Numbered from the stretch's first letter, positions 37,847 through 47,441 are shown. The stretch: 64,000 nt of DNA from an uncultured Flavobacteriales bacterium (GCA_937139155.1 CAKZPI010000032.1:44969-108968); one strand, 5' to 3'. The notes: a model not told the origin generated them from the letters alone. Numbers and translations are program-made.

Positions 37847-38058
37847 TGGAAACCTGGAAATTTAAAGTGAAAAATGTGAAATGCGGAGGCTGCGTAAGCT
37901 CCGTCACCGATGCCCTCAAAGACTTGAAGGGGGTAGAGAAGGTAGAGGTTGACCTCAATGGCGAGGTTGAACTTAAAGGAGAGGGTTTTGATAAGGCCCA
38001 GGCTAAATCAAGCCTAAAGGAGATTGGATATCCTCTTAAAGGAGGTTTGTTTGGCTAG
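37846..38058 (+). CDS. Small heavy-metal-associated (HMA)-like protein with a CGGC motif
   Basis: 70 aa. The beta-alpha-beta-beta-alpha-beta pattern 'FKVKNVKCGGCVSSV...L..L.GVEKVEVDL' fits an HMA fold. TAATG overlap with tauE. Confidence 0.65.
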   Translation: METWKFKVKNVKCGGCVSSVTDALKDLKGVEKVEVDLNGEVELKGEGFDKAQAKSSLKEIGYPLKGGLFG

Positions 38059-38061
38059 GAA

Positions 38062-38994
38062 ATGGATTATTTAGACATCATTGGAAATGCTTACAGCGGA
38101 TACTTCAATTATCTAACCTCAGAGATTTTAAACCCCTCGTGGCATAATTACTTTTATTGGTTAATTGGGCTGTCTCTTTTGGCTTGGATGCTTGAAGTAG
38201 TATGGCCTTGGCGGGAAAAACAAGCTCTTATACGAAAGGATTTTTGGCTGGACGTGTTCTACATGTTCTTTAATTTCTTCCTTTTCTCTCTAATCGTTTA
38301 CAATGCTTTAAGCGAGGTTGCCGTGAATGCCTTCAATGATTTCTTGGGCCTTTTCGGGGTGGAAAACTTAATAGCCATAGAAATCAACTCTTGGCCAGTA
38401 TGGGCCCAGCTATTGCTTTTATTCATCCTGGTAGACTTTATACAGTGGAACGTGCATAGGCTTTTGCATAGAGTACCGTGGCTATGGAATTTTCACAAGG
38501 TTCATCATTCGGTGGAAGAAATGGGCTTTGCCGCCCACCTTCGGTTTCATTGGATGGAAACCATAGTTTATAAAACCATTCAATACATTCCAGTAGCTAT
38601 GATTGGCTTTGGGCTGGATGATTTCTTCCTGGTGCATATTGTGGCATTGACCATAGGCCATCTTAACCATTCAAACATCCCGCTCTCTTATGGTCCCTTT
38701 AAGTACATCTTGAACAATCCTAAGATGCATATTTGGCATCATTTAAAATACATGCCCAAAGAAAGACCCTATGGAATGAATTACGGACTTTCTTTAAGCA
38801 TTTGGGATTACCTTTTCGGAACGGCCTACGTTCCCAATAATGGACGAGACATCGAAATTGGCATCCCTGAACAAGATCAGGTGCCCCCCGGATTTATTGG
38901 TCAAATGTTCATGCCCTTCAAAAAACATGATTCAGGTCAAGTTAGCCAGGAAACTATATTTGAGAAAATTCCAAAAAAGGGAAATTCCATCTAA
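38062..38994 (+). CDS. Fatty acid hydroxylase / sterol desaturase superfamily membrane protein
   Basis: Histidine boxes 'HRLLH', 'HKVHH' and 'HIWHH', with about 4 TM helices. Confidence 0.75.
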   Translation: MDYLDIIGNAYSGYFNYLTSEILNPSWHNYFYWLIGLSLLAWMLEVVWPWREKQALIRKDFWLDVFYMFFNFFLFSLIVYNALSEVAVNAFNDFLGLFGVENLIAIEINSWPVWAQLLLLFILVDFIQWNVHRLLHRVPWLWNFHKVHHSVEEMGFAAHLRFHWMETIVYKTIQYIPVAMIGFGLDDFFLVHIVALTIGHLNHSNIPLSYGPFKYILNNPKMHIWHHLKYMPKERPYGMNYGLSLSIWDYLFGTAYVPNNGRDIEIGIPEQDQVPPGFIGQMFMPFKKHDSGQVSQETIFEKIPKKGNSI

Positions 38995-39175
38995 AACTCA
39001 ATGGGTGTTCCAAGGTTTAGGCGGGTAAGTGGTTGAAAATAAGGATTAAGCCTTTTTGATAACACTCATACAATGCCTTGAGGAGGGTCAGGTCATTACC
39101 AAGGCTTTGATATTACATTTGGCTTGTTAACATAAGGTGGCTTGCAGTTACCTTAGGTTAAGGCGATGTAGTGTT

Positions 39176-39210
39176 GGAGCCGCTTTCTTTGAAGGCGGCT
39201 TCTTCTTTTT
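39176..39210 (+). terminator. Intrinsic terminator within the 276-bp intergenic region upstream of usp-sulP
   Basis: 8-bp stem GGAGCCGC/GCGGCTTC (one G-U pair), 11-nt loop, then TTCTTTTT. It lies 180 nt after the preceding stop and 60 nt before the next ATG. Confidence 0.6.
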
Positions 39211-39270
39211 ATTAGACCTCCCTCATTCTCAGAACCTTCCCGTTTACTTACAATTCCTTATTTTTTCGGC

Positions 39271-40113
39271 ATGCAAAATCCGCCGAAGAAAATGTTTCAA
39301 AGGGTAGCAACTGCGCTTGCTTTTTCCCCAAGACTAGAAGCCAATTTATGCGAAGGAATACGTGTAGCTCAATACTTCAATGCTGAATTGGTATTGATAC
39401 ATGTGGGGGATCAAGACGCCGACAAAAAACGAATTCTAGACGGCCTTTTAGCAGATCATTCTTTTCCTGAAAACCGACTGAAAATTGTTTGGCATAAAGG
39501 AGACCCGGTAAAGGTGATTTCCAGGGCTTGCAAGGTTCATGAGGTAGATTTACTAGTTGCTGGAGCGGTACAAAATGAAAACCTACTTACCTATTATTTA
39601 GGTTCAGTGGCTCGTGATTTATGCCGGGAAGCTCCTTGTTCAATTTTGCTTTTGGTAAATCCAGCAACCGAGAGTGTGAAATTTCACACCATGGTGGTAG
39701 ACGGAAAACAACATCCAGAAGATAAACAGCTAATCAAAGCAGCCATGGCTTTTGGTCAGGCCATTGGCATCAAAGAGTCCTTCTTTGTTGAAGAGTTAAA
39801 ACCCAAAGCCGTTAAAGAACTTTCCAATGAAGCGGAGGAGGATGACCCTATCGCCATGGAAAACGAAAGAGTAAGCAAAATGCTTGACGGCATGAACGAT
39901 TGCCGAGAAATGGAAATTAACAATTTCCCCATTTTCGGTCAGGGCGGATACACCATTTCCCATTTCGCGCAAAGCAAAAGGGCAGATTTACTAGTGCTTC
40001 ACGCCCCTGAAAAAAAGCAGGCCCGATTAAATCGTTTTTTCACTCGAGGAATAGAATATGTTTTAACTGACCTTCCAACCAATTTACTACTGTATAAAAA
40101 CCACGCTGAATGA
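39271..40113 (+). CDS. Tandem universal stress protein (UspA-family) domain protein
   Basis: 280 aa, the size of two Usp domains. 'DLLV.GA......L....LGSVA..L...A.CS.LL' motif. Confidence 0.7.
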   Translation: MQNPPKKMFQRVATALAFSPRLEANLCEGIRVAQYFNAELVLIHVGDQDADKKRILDGLLADHSFPENRLKIVWHKGDPVKVISRACKVHEVDLLVAGAVQNENLLTYYLGSVARDLCREAPCSILLLVNPATESVKFHTMVVDGKQHPEDKQLIKAAMAFGQAIGIKESFFVEELKPKAVKELSNEAEEDDPIAMENERVSKMLDGMNDCREMEINNFPIFGQGGYTISHFAQSKRADLLVLHAPEKKQARLNRFFTRGIEYVLTDLPTNLLLYKNHAE

Positions 40114-42302
40114 AGATTGATGCCGGCCTAAAAAAGGATTTCTTTTCTGGTTTTATTGTATCCTTAATTGCCTTGCCTTTAGGGCTCGGCTTGGCCTTAG
40201 CCTCCAATGTTCCGCCTACGGCAGGTTTAATTGCCGCCATTGTAGGGGGTGTGGTGGTCTCAATTTTCGGCGGCTCTCATGTAACCATTACGGGTCCGGG
40301 TAACGGACTGGTGGTTGTGATTTTAACCGCAGTTACTGCCTTAGGAAACGGAGACCCTTTTACCGGCTATTTGGCCGCTTTGGGTGCCATAGTAGTTTCC
40401 GGGGGTGTCATGAGTCTACTTGGCTTCCTGAAATTTGGTAAACTCGGCGATATCTTCCCTTCCTCGGCCATTCAGGGTATGTTGTCTGCCATCGGAATCA
40501 TAATTCTGGCTAAACAGGCCCATATCATGTTGGGTAATCTAGACCCTAAAGCAAGTTCAAATGCGGAAATGCTTTATACCCTTCCGGCCACTGTATTCAG
40601 GCTCTTTTCTGAAACCCATTGGCAGGTGCCAGCCTTGGTGGGTCTAGCTAGTTTAGGAATCATGATTTTTTATTCCAAAATCAGAAAACCCATATTTCAA
40701 CTCATACCAGCCCCCATGTGGGTTCTTTTGCTTTGCATTGGGTTTTATGAATATTTCCGAATTTTCAAATTAGATTACCCCATTCAGCCTGAGTATTTGC
40801 TCCAACTTCCGAATGACCTTAGCCAGGCTTTGGTTTTTCCAGATTTTTCTAGAATAGGTGAAGGGGTTTTTTGGGAAGCCGTTATTGGAATCACATTAAT
40901 CTCAACCGTCGAATCTTTATTAAGCATTAAGGCCGTGGATCGGCTTGACCCCCAAGCCCGACGTTCAAACGTGAACAAAGACCTCAAGGCCTTAGGACTT
41001 GGAACCATGCTTTCGGGCTTGGTTGGCGGACTTCCAGTTGTAACCGTTATTGCTCGTTCTAGTGTGAATGTTAACACGGGCGCAAATTCTAGAAAGGCTA
41101 ATTTTTTCCATGGCATCTTATTGTTGACCTTGGTCTTGACCATGCAGTCTGTATTGAAAAAAATACCCATGCCTGCCCTTTGTGCCATTTTGGTTTATAC
41201 AGGTTATAAACTAGCTGAGCCAGCCATATTCAGGCGTATGTGGAGGGCTGGATGGCAGCAATTTGCCATCTTCCTCTTGACCATCGTTATCACCCTTTTC
41301 TTTGGTTTGATCAATGGAATTTTGGTAGGAATCTTGGCTACTCTCGTTCAACAAATGCTGAAAATTCACCCTTTACGATTGTTTTTTAGGTATTTGATTT
41401 GGCCCAATACTCTGATGTATGAGGAGTCTGAGAATCAATTTATTATTTCGGTAAAGGGGGTGTCTAATTTCTTGAACTTTCCAAGGCTTAAAGAAAAGTT
41501 AGAAAGCTTACCCATTGAATCTAGGGTAATCTTAGATTTTTCCCTCACCAAGTATATGGACTCAACCGTGCTCGAGCACATTCAACAATTTGAGTCAGAA
41601 CGAGAGCGACGAGGTGGTGAACTAGAGGTCATTGGCCTTGATGATTTGGCAGGAAACCGAGGAAAGCCCCTTTCTTTGGTGGGAAGTCGATCGCTCATTA
41701 ATCCGCTCAACTCAATGAGTAAAAGGCAAGCAGAGGTTCAAGCTGTAGCGGAAGAATTAAATTGGAATTTTAAGGTAAATCCAACCCAGGCTGTGCATAG
41801 CCTTGAGAAGTTCCCTTATTTCCGAACCAAGCGCATTGAACATGCATTTAATACTTTATTAGGCGAAACCGAATTGTGCAAGATCAAGGTTCGAGATGTT
41901 GAATATTTTGAGGGTGAGTTCATTGCAAAGGAAATGATTCGGTCTACCATGGCTGTGGTGAATTTAGACCAGAAAATACCCGCCTTCACCATTCATAGAG
42001 AAAACCTTTTAAGTCGAATTGCGGCTGCAGCCGGATTTGAAGACCTAGAGATTCCGGACTATCCTGATTTTAACAAAAGGTTTTACCTACGCGGAAACTC
42101 AGAGGAATTGCTTGAGTTTTTTGATCATGACTTGGTTTTGTTTCTTGAATCTAGGGCCCAGTTTCATATTGAAAGTGTAGGGAATAAGATTCTGGTCTTT
42201 GACCGGGAAAGACTGGCAACGGTGTCTGAGCTCAAAGCCTTGATTCGATTCACAATCGATTTGGTTCCTCTTCTTTTAGAACGAGGGAAATCAAACCCTT
42301 AG
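40110..42302 (+). CDS. SulP-family anion transporter with a STAS domain and an additional ~190-aa C-terminal region
   Basis: 'D...G......IALP..L..A.......P..GL' N-terminus, many TM helices, and a STAS-like segment at ~aa 430-530. ATGA overlap with usp. Confidence 0.85.
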   Translation: MKIDAGLKKDFFSGFIVSLIALPLGLGLALASNVPPTAGLIAAIVGGVVVSIFGGSHVTITGPGNGLVVVILTAVTALGNGDPFTGYLAALGAIVVSGGVMSLLGFLKFGKLGDIFPSSAIQGMLSAIGIIILAKQAHIMLGNLDPKASSNAEMLYTLPATVFRLFSETHWQVPALVGLASLGIMIFYSKIRKPIFQLIPAPMWVLLLCIGFYEYFRIFKLDYPIQPEYLLQLPNDLSQALVFPDFSRIGEGVFWEAVIGITLISTVESLLSIKAVDRLDPQARRSNVNKDLKALGLGTMLSGLVGGLPVVTVIARSSVNVNTGANSRKANFFHGILLLTLVLTMQSVLKKIPMPALCAILVYTGYKLAEPAIFRRMWRAGWQQFAIFLLTIVITLFFGLINGILVGILATLVQQMLKIHPLRLFFRYLIWPNTLMYEESENQFIISVKGVSNFLNFPRLKEKLESLPIESRVILDFSLTKYMDSTVLEHIQQFESERERRGGELEVIGLDDLAGNRGKPLSLVGSRSLINPLNSMSKRQAEVQAVAEELNWNFKVNPTQAVHSLEKFPYFRTKRIEHAFNTLLGETELCKIKVRDVEYFEGEFIAKEMIRSTMAVVNLDQKIPAFTIHRENLLSRIAAAAGFEDLEIPDYPDFNKRFYLRGNSEELLEFFDHDLVLFLESRAQFHIESVGNKILVFDRERLATVSELKALIRFTIDLVPLLLERGKSNP

Positions 42303-42309
42303 GCTTTTG

Positions 42310-42317
42310 TACATTTG
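42310..42317 (+). promoter_or_regulatory. Candidate -7 promoter box (TACATTTG) for miaE-gcvT
   Basis: Exact TAnnTTTG match 21 nt upstream of the GTG at 42338. Confidence 0.4.
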
Positions 42318-42337
42318 CCACCCAAATTTCAAGAAAA

Positions 42338-42919
42338 GTGCTGGGCTTAAAACTTCCTACTGACCCAAGATGGGTGAACATCGCTGAAAAGAACATCAAG
42401 GAAATCTTGATAGATCATGCCTTTTGTGAACAGAAAGCTGCATCTACGGCCATCTCATTCATAGTTCAATACCCCGAGAGATCAGAATTGGTTACCGCCA
42501 TGGGTGAGCTTGTGCAAGAAGAAATTGCTCACTTTAAAATGGTTCATCAGGAAATTTTAAAAAGAGGTTGGGTTTTAGGAAAAGAAAGACCTGACCCCTA
42601 TGTTCGAGATCTTCAGGCCTTTTTCAAAAAAGGAGTGGGTAAGGAACAGCATTTAATTAATAAGCTTTTAATTGCGGCCTTAATTGAAGCCAGGTCTTGT
42701 GAGCGTTTTAGGGTTTTGTCTGAGAATATTACCGACAAAGATCTGGCCCAGTTCTATCGGAAATTAATGGTTTCTGAAGCCAATCATTATACCATGTTCT
42801 TAGGCTTTGCCAGAAAATATGGTGACCGAGAAAAGGTGGATGAAATTTGGCAAGACCTGCTTGATTACGAGGCAGAAGTCATGAAGAATTACGGAAAAAA
42901 AGAATTCATACACGGATAA
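42338..42919 (+). CDS. miaE: tRNA-(ms2io6A37) hydroxylase MiaE-like, ferritin-like di-iron protein
   Basis: Di-iron ligand motifs '[10 protein letters not shown]' and 'EE..H', and 'EARSCERF...E..H', match the MiaE pattern. Confidence 0.7.
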   Translation: MLGLKLPTDPRWVNIAEKNIKEILIDHAFCEQKAASTAISFIVQYPERSELVTAMGELVQEEIAHFKMVHQEILKRGWVLGKERPDPYVRDLQAFFKKGVGKEQHLINKLLIAALIEARSCERFRVLSENITDKDLAQFYRKLMVSEANHYTMFLGFARKYGDREKVDEIWQDLLDYEAEVMKNYGKKEFIHG

Positions 42920-42929
42920 AATAAATTGC

Positions 42930-44015
42930 ATGAAAAAAACAGCCTTAAGCCATGTACACGAGGCACTTGGAGCCAAAATGGTTCCATTTGCGGGTTATGA
43001 TATGCCTGTTCAATATGAAGGGGTAAACATTGAACATGAAAATGTTCGAGAGAAATTGGGAGTTTTTGATGTTTCCCATATGGGAGAGTTCATTTTAAAA
43101 GGTGAAAAGGCCCTTGACCTGATTCAAAAGGTTTGCTCAAACGATGCCTCTAAGTTGGTTGACGGAAAGGCCCAGTATTCTTGCATGCCCAATGATAAAG
43201 GAGGGGTTGTAGATGACCTGCTTATTTACCGTATCGATGCAGAGACCTATATGTTGGTGGTTAACGCCTCAAACATTGAAAAAGATTGGAATTGGATTGA
43301 GTCTCATAACTCATTTGGAGTGAAAATGGAGGACATTTCTGACCAAACCAGCCTTCTCGCCGTGCAGGGTCCCTTGGCCGCCGAAGCCATGCAAAGCTTA
43401 ACCGAAATTGACCTCAATGGGATGAAGTATTATACTTTTCAAAAGGGTGAGTTTGCAGGGAAGTCTAATGTCTTGGTTTCTGCTACGGGTTATACCGGGT
43501 CTGGCGGGTTCGAAATTTATTTTAGAAATGAGGATGCCGAAGATATTTGGAATGCAGTACTAAAGGCCGGAGAGCCTTATGGTATTAAGCCTATTGGTCT
43601 TGCCGCTAGAGATACCCTTCGTTTGGAAATGGGTTTTTGCCTTTACGGGAATGATATAGATGATACAACATCTCCTTTGGAAGCTGGACTTGGCTGGATT
43701 ACAAAATTCACCAAAGACTTTGTGAATTCAGAGGCTTTGAAAGCGGAAAAAGAAGCGGGTATAAAGAATAAATTGGTTGCCTTTGAAATGGTTGAAAGGG
43801 GAATACCCAGACAGGGTTACGAAATATTAAATGCCGAAGGAAGCCCAATTGGTCGGGTAACTTCAGGTACCATGTCTCCTTCTCTTCAAAAAGGAATCGG
43901 CTTGGGGTATGTGCCTAAAGAATTGGCTTCAGAAGGAAGTGAGATTTACATTGGAGTTCGGAAAAAACAAATCAAGGCTCAGGTAGTAAAGCTGCCTTTT
44001 TATAAGGCTAAGTAG
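42930..44015 (+). CDS. gcvT: Glycine cleavage system aminomethyltransferase (T protein)
   Basis: 'T.L...H..LGAKMV.FAG..MPV.Y', 'FDVSHMG' and 'ARD.LRLE'. Confidence 0.9.
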   Translation: MKKTALSHVHEALGAKMVPFAGYDMPVQYEGVNIEHENVREKLGVFDVSHMGEFILKGEKALDLIQKVCSNDASKLVDGKAQYSCMPNDKGGVVDDLLIYRIDAETYMLVVNASNIEKDWNWIESHNSFGVKMEDISDQTSLLAVQGPLAAEAMQSLTEIDLNGMKYYTFQKGEFAGKSNVLVSATGYTGSGGFEIYFRNEDAEDIWNAVLKAGEPYGIKPIGLAARDTLRLEMGFCLYGNDIDDTTSPLEAGLGWITKFTKDFVNSEALKAEKEAGIKNKLVAFEMVERGIPRQGYEILNAEGSPIGRVTSGTMSPSLQKGIGLGYVPKELASEGSEIYIGVRKKQIKAQVVKLPFYKAK

Positions 44016-44045
44016 ATTTGAAATAATTTGTACTTTAAAGGGCGT

Positions 44046-44987
44046 ATGAGAACAAATATCATTCGCCCTTTTTTAATGGCCTTCCTGATTCTTGGTCTAT
44101 TTACCAATTGGGGCTTCTTTGGTCATGAAACCATTCATGAAAAGGCGGTTTATTCCCTGCCAAAGGAAATGTGGCCCCTTTACAAAGAGCATATTGCCAT
44201 TTTGATTGAGAAGTCAACCAACCCCGATAAAAGGCGGCATTTCTCAAAAAAAGAACCTCCCAAGCATTATATTGATTTAGATGCTTTTCGGGTAAACCCA
44301 AAAACGGTTTTCCCCGCCAATTGGGATTCAGCAAAATCATTTCTAACCGAAGATACCCTCTGGGCATATGGGGTGCTTCCCTGGAATATTGAATGGGTTT
44401 ATTACGATTTGGTAGAAGCCTTCGACTCAAATGATGCACAGGCAATTCTAAGGCTTAGTGCAGATCTGGGCCATTATATTTCTGACGCTTGCGTTCCTTT
44501 GCATACCACGGTTAACTACAATGGGCAATTAACAAATCAACGAGGAATTCACGGGTTTTGGGAGTCTAGGTTGCCCGAATTATTTGCGGAGGAATATTTC
44601 TTGTACCCTGGCCAGGCTGAGTACATTCACAACCGTCAAGAGTATATTTGGGCAATCATCTTTGAAAGCTTTTCGGCCAAGGATTCGGTACTTGACTTAG
44701 ATAAGAAGGTTCAAGAGGCTTTCGCCGATGAAGGAACCCAGTCTATTTCTGAGCGGAAAGGGCAGGGGGTCAGAACTCAGTCAATTGAGGCCTCAAGGGC
44801 TTACCATGAAGCATTGAATGGCATGGTTGAAAGAAGGATGAGGCGGTCAATAAAGGCCGTGGCTGATTTCTGGTTTACCGCCTGGGTAGATGCAGGTCAA
44901 CCCAATTTGAAAAACCTGGAGCTTGAAAAGGATGGGGAAACAAAGTTTTTTGGAGAGAAAGTTCTAGAGAAGCTTTGGGGAAATTAA
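44046..44987 (+). CDS. Zinc-dependent phospholipase C / S1-P1 nuclease superfamily protein
   Basis: After the signal sequence, 'WGFFGHETI', like the N-terminal Trp/His zinc ligands of this superfamily. Later 'H..D...PLH'. I chose the start at ATG 44046. Confidence 0.55.
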   Translation: MRTNIIRPFLMAFLILGLFTNWGFFGHETIHEKAVYSLPKEMWPLYKEHIAILIEKSTNPDKRRHFSKKEPPKHYIDLDAFRVNPKTVFPANWDSAKSFLTEDTLWAYGVLPWNIEWVYYDLVEAFDSNDAQAILRLSADLGHYISDACVPLHTTVNYNGQLTNQRGIHGFWESRLPELFAEEYFLYPGQAEYIHNRQEYIWAIIFESFSAKDSVLDLDKKVQEAFADEGTQSISERKGQGVRTQSIEASRAYHEALNGMVERRMRRSIKAVADFWFTAWVDAGQPNLKNLELEKDGETKFFGEKVLEKLWGN

Positions 44988-45436
44988 TCCTTAATCAAAT
45001 GGGGGAAGTGTTTTTTCACAATTTCCCGGAAAGCGGTAACCGTGAGGGGTTTATTATAAAACCCAGACAATTCTTTTTCTTCTGAACGTTCCCGATCGTC
45101 AGGATTTAAAGAAACGGTAAGCATCATGACCACCACCTTTGCTTTTTCCTCGGGCGGAAGGAGGTCGTATTCTTCCATGAACTCCCAACCATTCATGCCC
45201 GGCATATTTATGTCAAGCAAAATTAGGTCGGGTTGCCGCTCATCATTTCTATGGTTAAACTTTAAAAAGGTTAAAGCGTCTTTTCCGGAAAGAACGGAAA
45301 CAACTCTACTTACAAGTCCGCTTCGTTTTACAACCTTTTTATGCAAGAAATTATCAGCCTCGTTATCGTCAACGAGCAATACATGAAGTCTTTCGTTTGT
45401 CTCTAGTCCAGGCTCAAATTCTGGGAGGGTGTTCAT
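44984..45436 (-). CDS. Stand-alone response-regulator receiver domain protein
   Basis: 'VLLVDDNEAD', phospho-acceptor 'LILLDINMPGMNG' and 'KPL'. No output domain. Confidence 0.85.
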   Translation of the reverse strand: MNTLPEFEPGLETNERLHVLLVDDNEADNFLHKKVVKRSGLVSRVVSVLSGKDALTFLKFNHRNDERQPDLILLDINMPGMNGWEFMEEYDLLPPEEKAKVVVMMLTVSLNPDDRERSEEKELSGFYNKPLTVTAFREIVKKHFPHLIKD

Positions 45437-45479
45437 TGAATCAGGTTAAGTCTCCAAGGTAAAACTAAATTTACTTATG

Positions 45480-46130
45480 TCAAGCCCTAGAACCAAAAAT
45501 TGAAGATCCAATTCGAACCATATTTGAACCTTTATCAAGGGCAATTTTATAATCACCGCTCATTCCCATGCTCAGATAAGACCAATTGAACTCATCGGCG
45601 TAAGCCTTATAAATTTTAGACAAGGATTGAAATTCTCTCCCTACTTGGTCTTGGTTGTCAGTGAATGTTGCCATACCCATTAGCCCCTGAACATTTACAT
45701 TGGGGTATTCTAGAAAGCGTTCATGCCTCAAAAGCTCGAGTATTTCTTCTTCTGAAAACCCAAATTTGCTTGATTCTTCGGCAATGTGCACCTGCAAGAG
45801 GCAGTTCACCTTACGGTCAATTTTTTCTGCTCTTTTCTGAATTTCTTTGAGCAATTTCTCAGAGTCTACCCCATGAATTAGGTGAACAAAATCAACCAGG
45901 TATTTAACCTTATTTCTTTGCAAATGCCCAATCATATGCCATTGAATGTCTTTGGGCAATTCTTCGGCTTTGTCAACAAGCTCTTGAACCTTGTTTTCTC
46001 CAAAATCTCTTTGTCCGGTATTGTAAGCTTCAAGAACATCTTCTTTGGGCTTGGTTTTGGAAACCGCCACAAGGCTTACCTCTTTAGGTAGTTCTGATTT
46101 TAGTTTTTCAAGGTTTTTGGCAATGCTCAT
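45480..46130 (-). CDS. yggS: YggS-family pyridoxal-phosphate homeostasis protein
   Basis: 'LVAVSKTKP', 'FGENKVQE', 'WHMIGHLQRNK' and 'LSMGMSGDY..A...GS..VRIGS.IFG'. I chose the start at ATG 46130, an ATGA overlap with the upstream gene. Confidence 0.85.
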   Translation of the reverse strand: MSIAKNLEKLKSELPKEVSLVAVSKTKPKEDVLEAYNTGQRDFGENKVQELVDKAEELPKDIQWHMIGHLQRNKVKYLVDFVHLIHGVDSEKLLKEIQKRAEKIDRKVNCLLQVHIAEESSKFGFSEEEILELLRHERFLEYPNVNVQGLMGMATFTDNQDQVGREFQSLSKIYKAYADEFNWSYLSMGMSGDYKIALDKGSNMVRIGSSIFGSRA

Positions 46131-47371
46131 CCTGAAACTAAGTTTTTTTCGATGGGATAAATGGTCATCCCAGAGCGCAATTTGGGTTCTATATAGGTTG
46201 ACTTCGGAGGCATGCACAAGCCTGCATCCGCTACCCTTTTCAGGTCTTCAATGGTAACAGCCGGAAGGGCAAATGCAAAATCAGCCTCGCCCTTATCTAC
46301 GGAGTTTTGCAATCCAATGTGTCCGGATCTACCCCCTTTAAAGAATACCCGCTTATCAGTTCTTAGGTCTATGATGTCAAAAATTGGTCCGAGTACAAAC
46401 TCTGAAAGTTGGTGTGCTTCCAATGCTTCCACTGGGTTCCTTTTACCCAAGGTGTCTTCAGGAAATTTCCCTAAATACCATCCTTCAGGGGTGTATAGCT
46501 TAAAACTTCCTGGTTCTAAGGGGGTTTCTAGTTCACAGGGGGTTAAGTCAATTTGGTTCTCAACAATGAGCTTGATTAAAATTTCAGATGAAAGTCCGCC
46601 AGCATCTTTGATCAATCGATTAAAATCATAGATGGCCATTTCTGCTTCATCGATGAAACAGGCTAGGAAATGCTGGGCCGATGGATTGTCAATTTTATCT
46701 TGAGCTAGGAGAACTGAAGAGGCTGACCGGTGATGTCCGTCGGCAATATAGCTGGCATCAAATTCTGAAAAATAAGTTTGAATGGCTTGAATTTCTTTAG
46801 GGTCTGAAACCTTCCAAAGTTGGTGACGATCTCTATTGGTTGAGGTGAAATCGTAAGAGGGGGTGGATTGGATGATTTCATCGCGCAAAGCGAGCAAATC
46901 TTCACTATGTGGGTGGGCAATTAAAACCGGCTCTGCATTGAAGCCCGTAACCTCTAAATACTGCCTAAACATTTCCTCTCTAGAGGTGATGGTATGCTCG
47001 TGAATTTTAATTTTTTTATTCAAATAATCCTGAACCGAAGCACCTCCAATCCAGCCTGTAAAAGTTTTTCCACCAGGGATTTGCTGTACTTGCCGGTATA
47101 AATAAAAGCAGTCTGTTTGATCTTGAAAATAAACCCCTTCTGAAACAAAGTCTAGAAACCGCTCTCGAACCTTTCTGAATTTGGTTAATCCAGAGCTTTT
47201 CCTGCCCGGTTTATTGTATTCAGGATTGATGATGTGGATGAAGGTATAGGGATTTTCATCTAGCTTACTAGCAAGGGCTTTTCGGGCATAGCTTACGTAA
47301 GATCTAGAGGCCACCAAATGCACTTTGTCTGCAACGGGGCGAATGGCCTTGAAGGGTTTAAAATCTATCAT
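46127..47371 (-). CDS. DUF1015-family protein of unknown function
   Basis: N-terminus 'FKAIRP...' and 'YIADGHHR', which I recognise as the DUF1015 (COG4198) pattern. Confidence 0.7.
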   Translation of the reverse strand: MIDFKPFKAIRPVADKVHLVASRSYVSYARKALASKLDENPYTFIHIINPEYNKPGRKSSGLTKFRKVRERFLDFVSEGVYFQDQTDCFYLYRQVQQIPGGKTFTGWIGGASVQDYLNKKIKIHEHTITSREEMFRQYLEVTGFNAEPVLIAHPHSEDLLALRDEIIQSTPSYDFTSTNRDRHQLWKVSDPKEIQAIQTYFSEFDASYIADGHHRSASSVLLAQDKIDNPSAQHFLACFIDEAEMAIYDFNRLIKDAGGLSSEILIKLIVENQIDLTPCELETPLEPGSFKLYTPEGWYLGKFPEDTLGKRNPVEALEAHQLSEFVLGPIFDIIDLRTDKRVFFKGGRSGHIGLQNSVDKGEADFAFALPAVTIEDLKRVADAGLCMPPKSTYIEPKLRSGMTIYPIEKNLVSG

Positions 47372-47441
47372 GAAATTTGGTCTTGCGCGTCAAAAATAAA
47401 GGGAAGTAATCAAATCACACCCATTATTCTCACCGGAACAT

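Noticed and set aside
39150-39185. 'AGGCGATG...GGAGCCGC' superficially reminiscent of the start of the fluoride (crcB) riboswitch
   Set aside because: The complementary P1 strand is absent, and so are the conserved AACCGCC and CTGATGATGCC elements as I recall them. The downstream genes are not fluoride exporters. I kept it only as an unclassified structured region.
42920-42929. Looked for a glycine riboswitch upstream of gcvT
   Set aside because: Only 10 nt separate miaE and gcvT. No room for a leader and no riboswitch-like sequence.
46212-46631. 139-aa plus-strand ORF, and other >100-aa ORFs (6144-6518, 12889-13209, 19680-20036, 37450-37800, 40784-41188, 44101-44445, 48223-48585)
   Set aside because: All are fully nested antisense or out-of-frame within well-supported genes. 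They carry no recognisable motifs.
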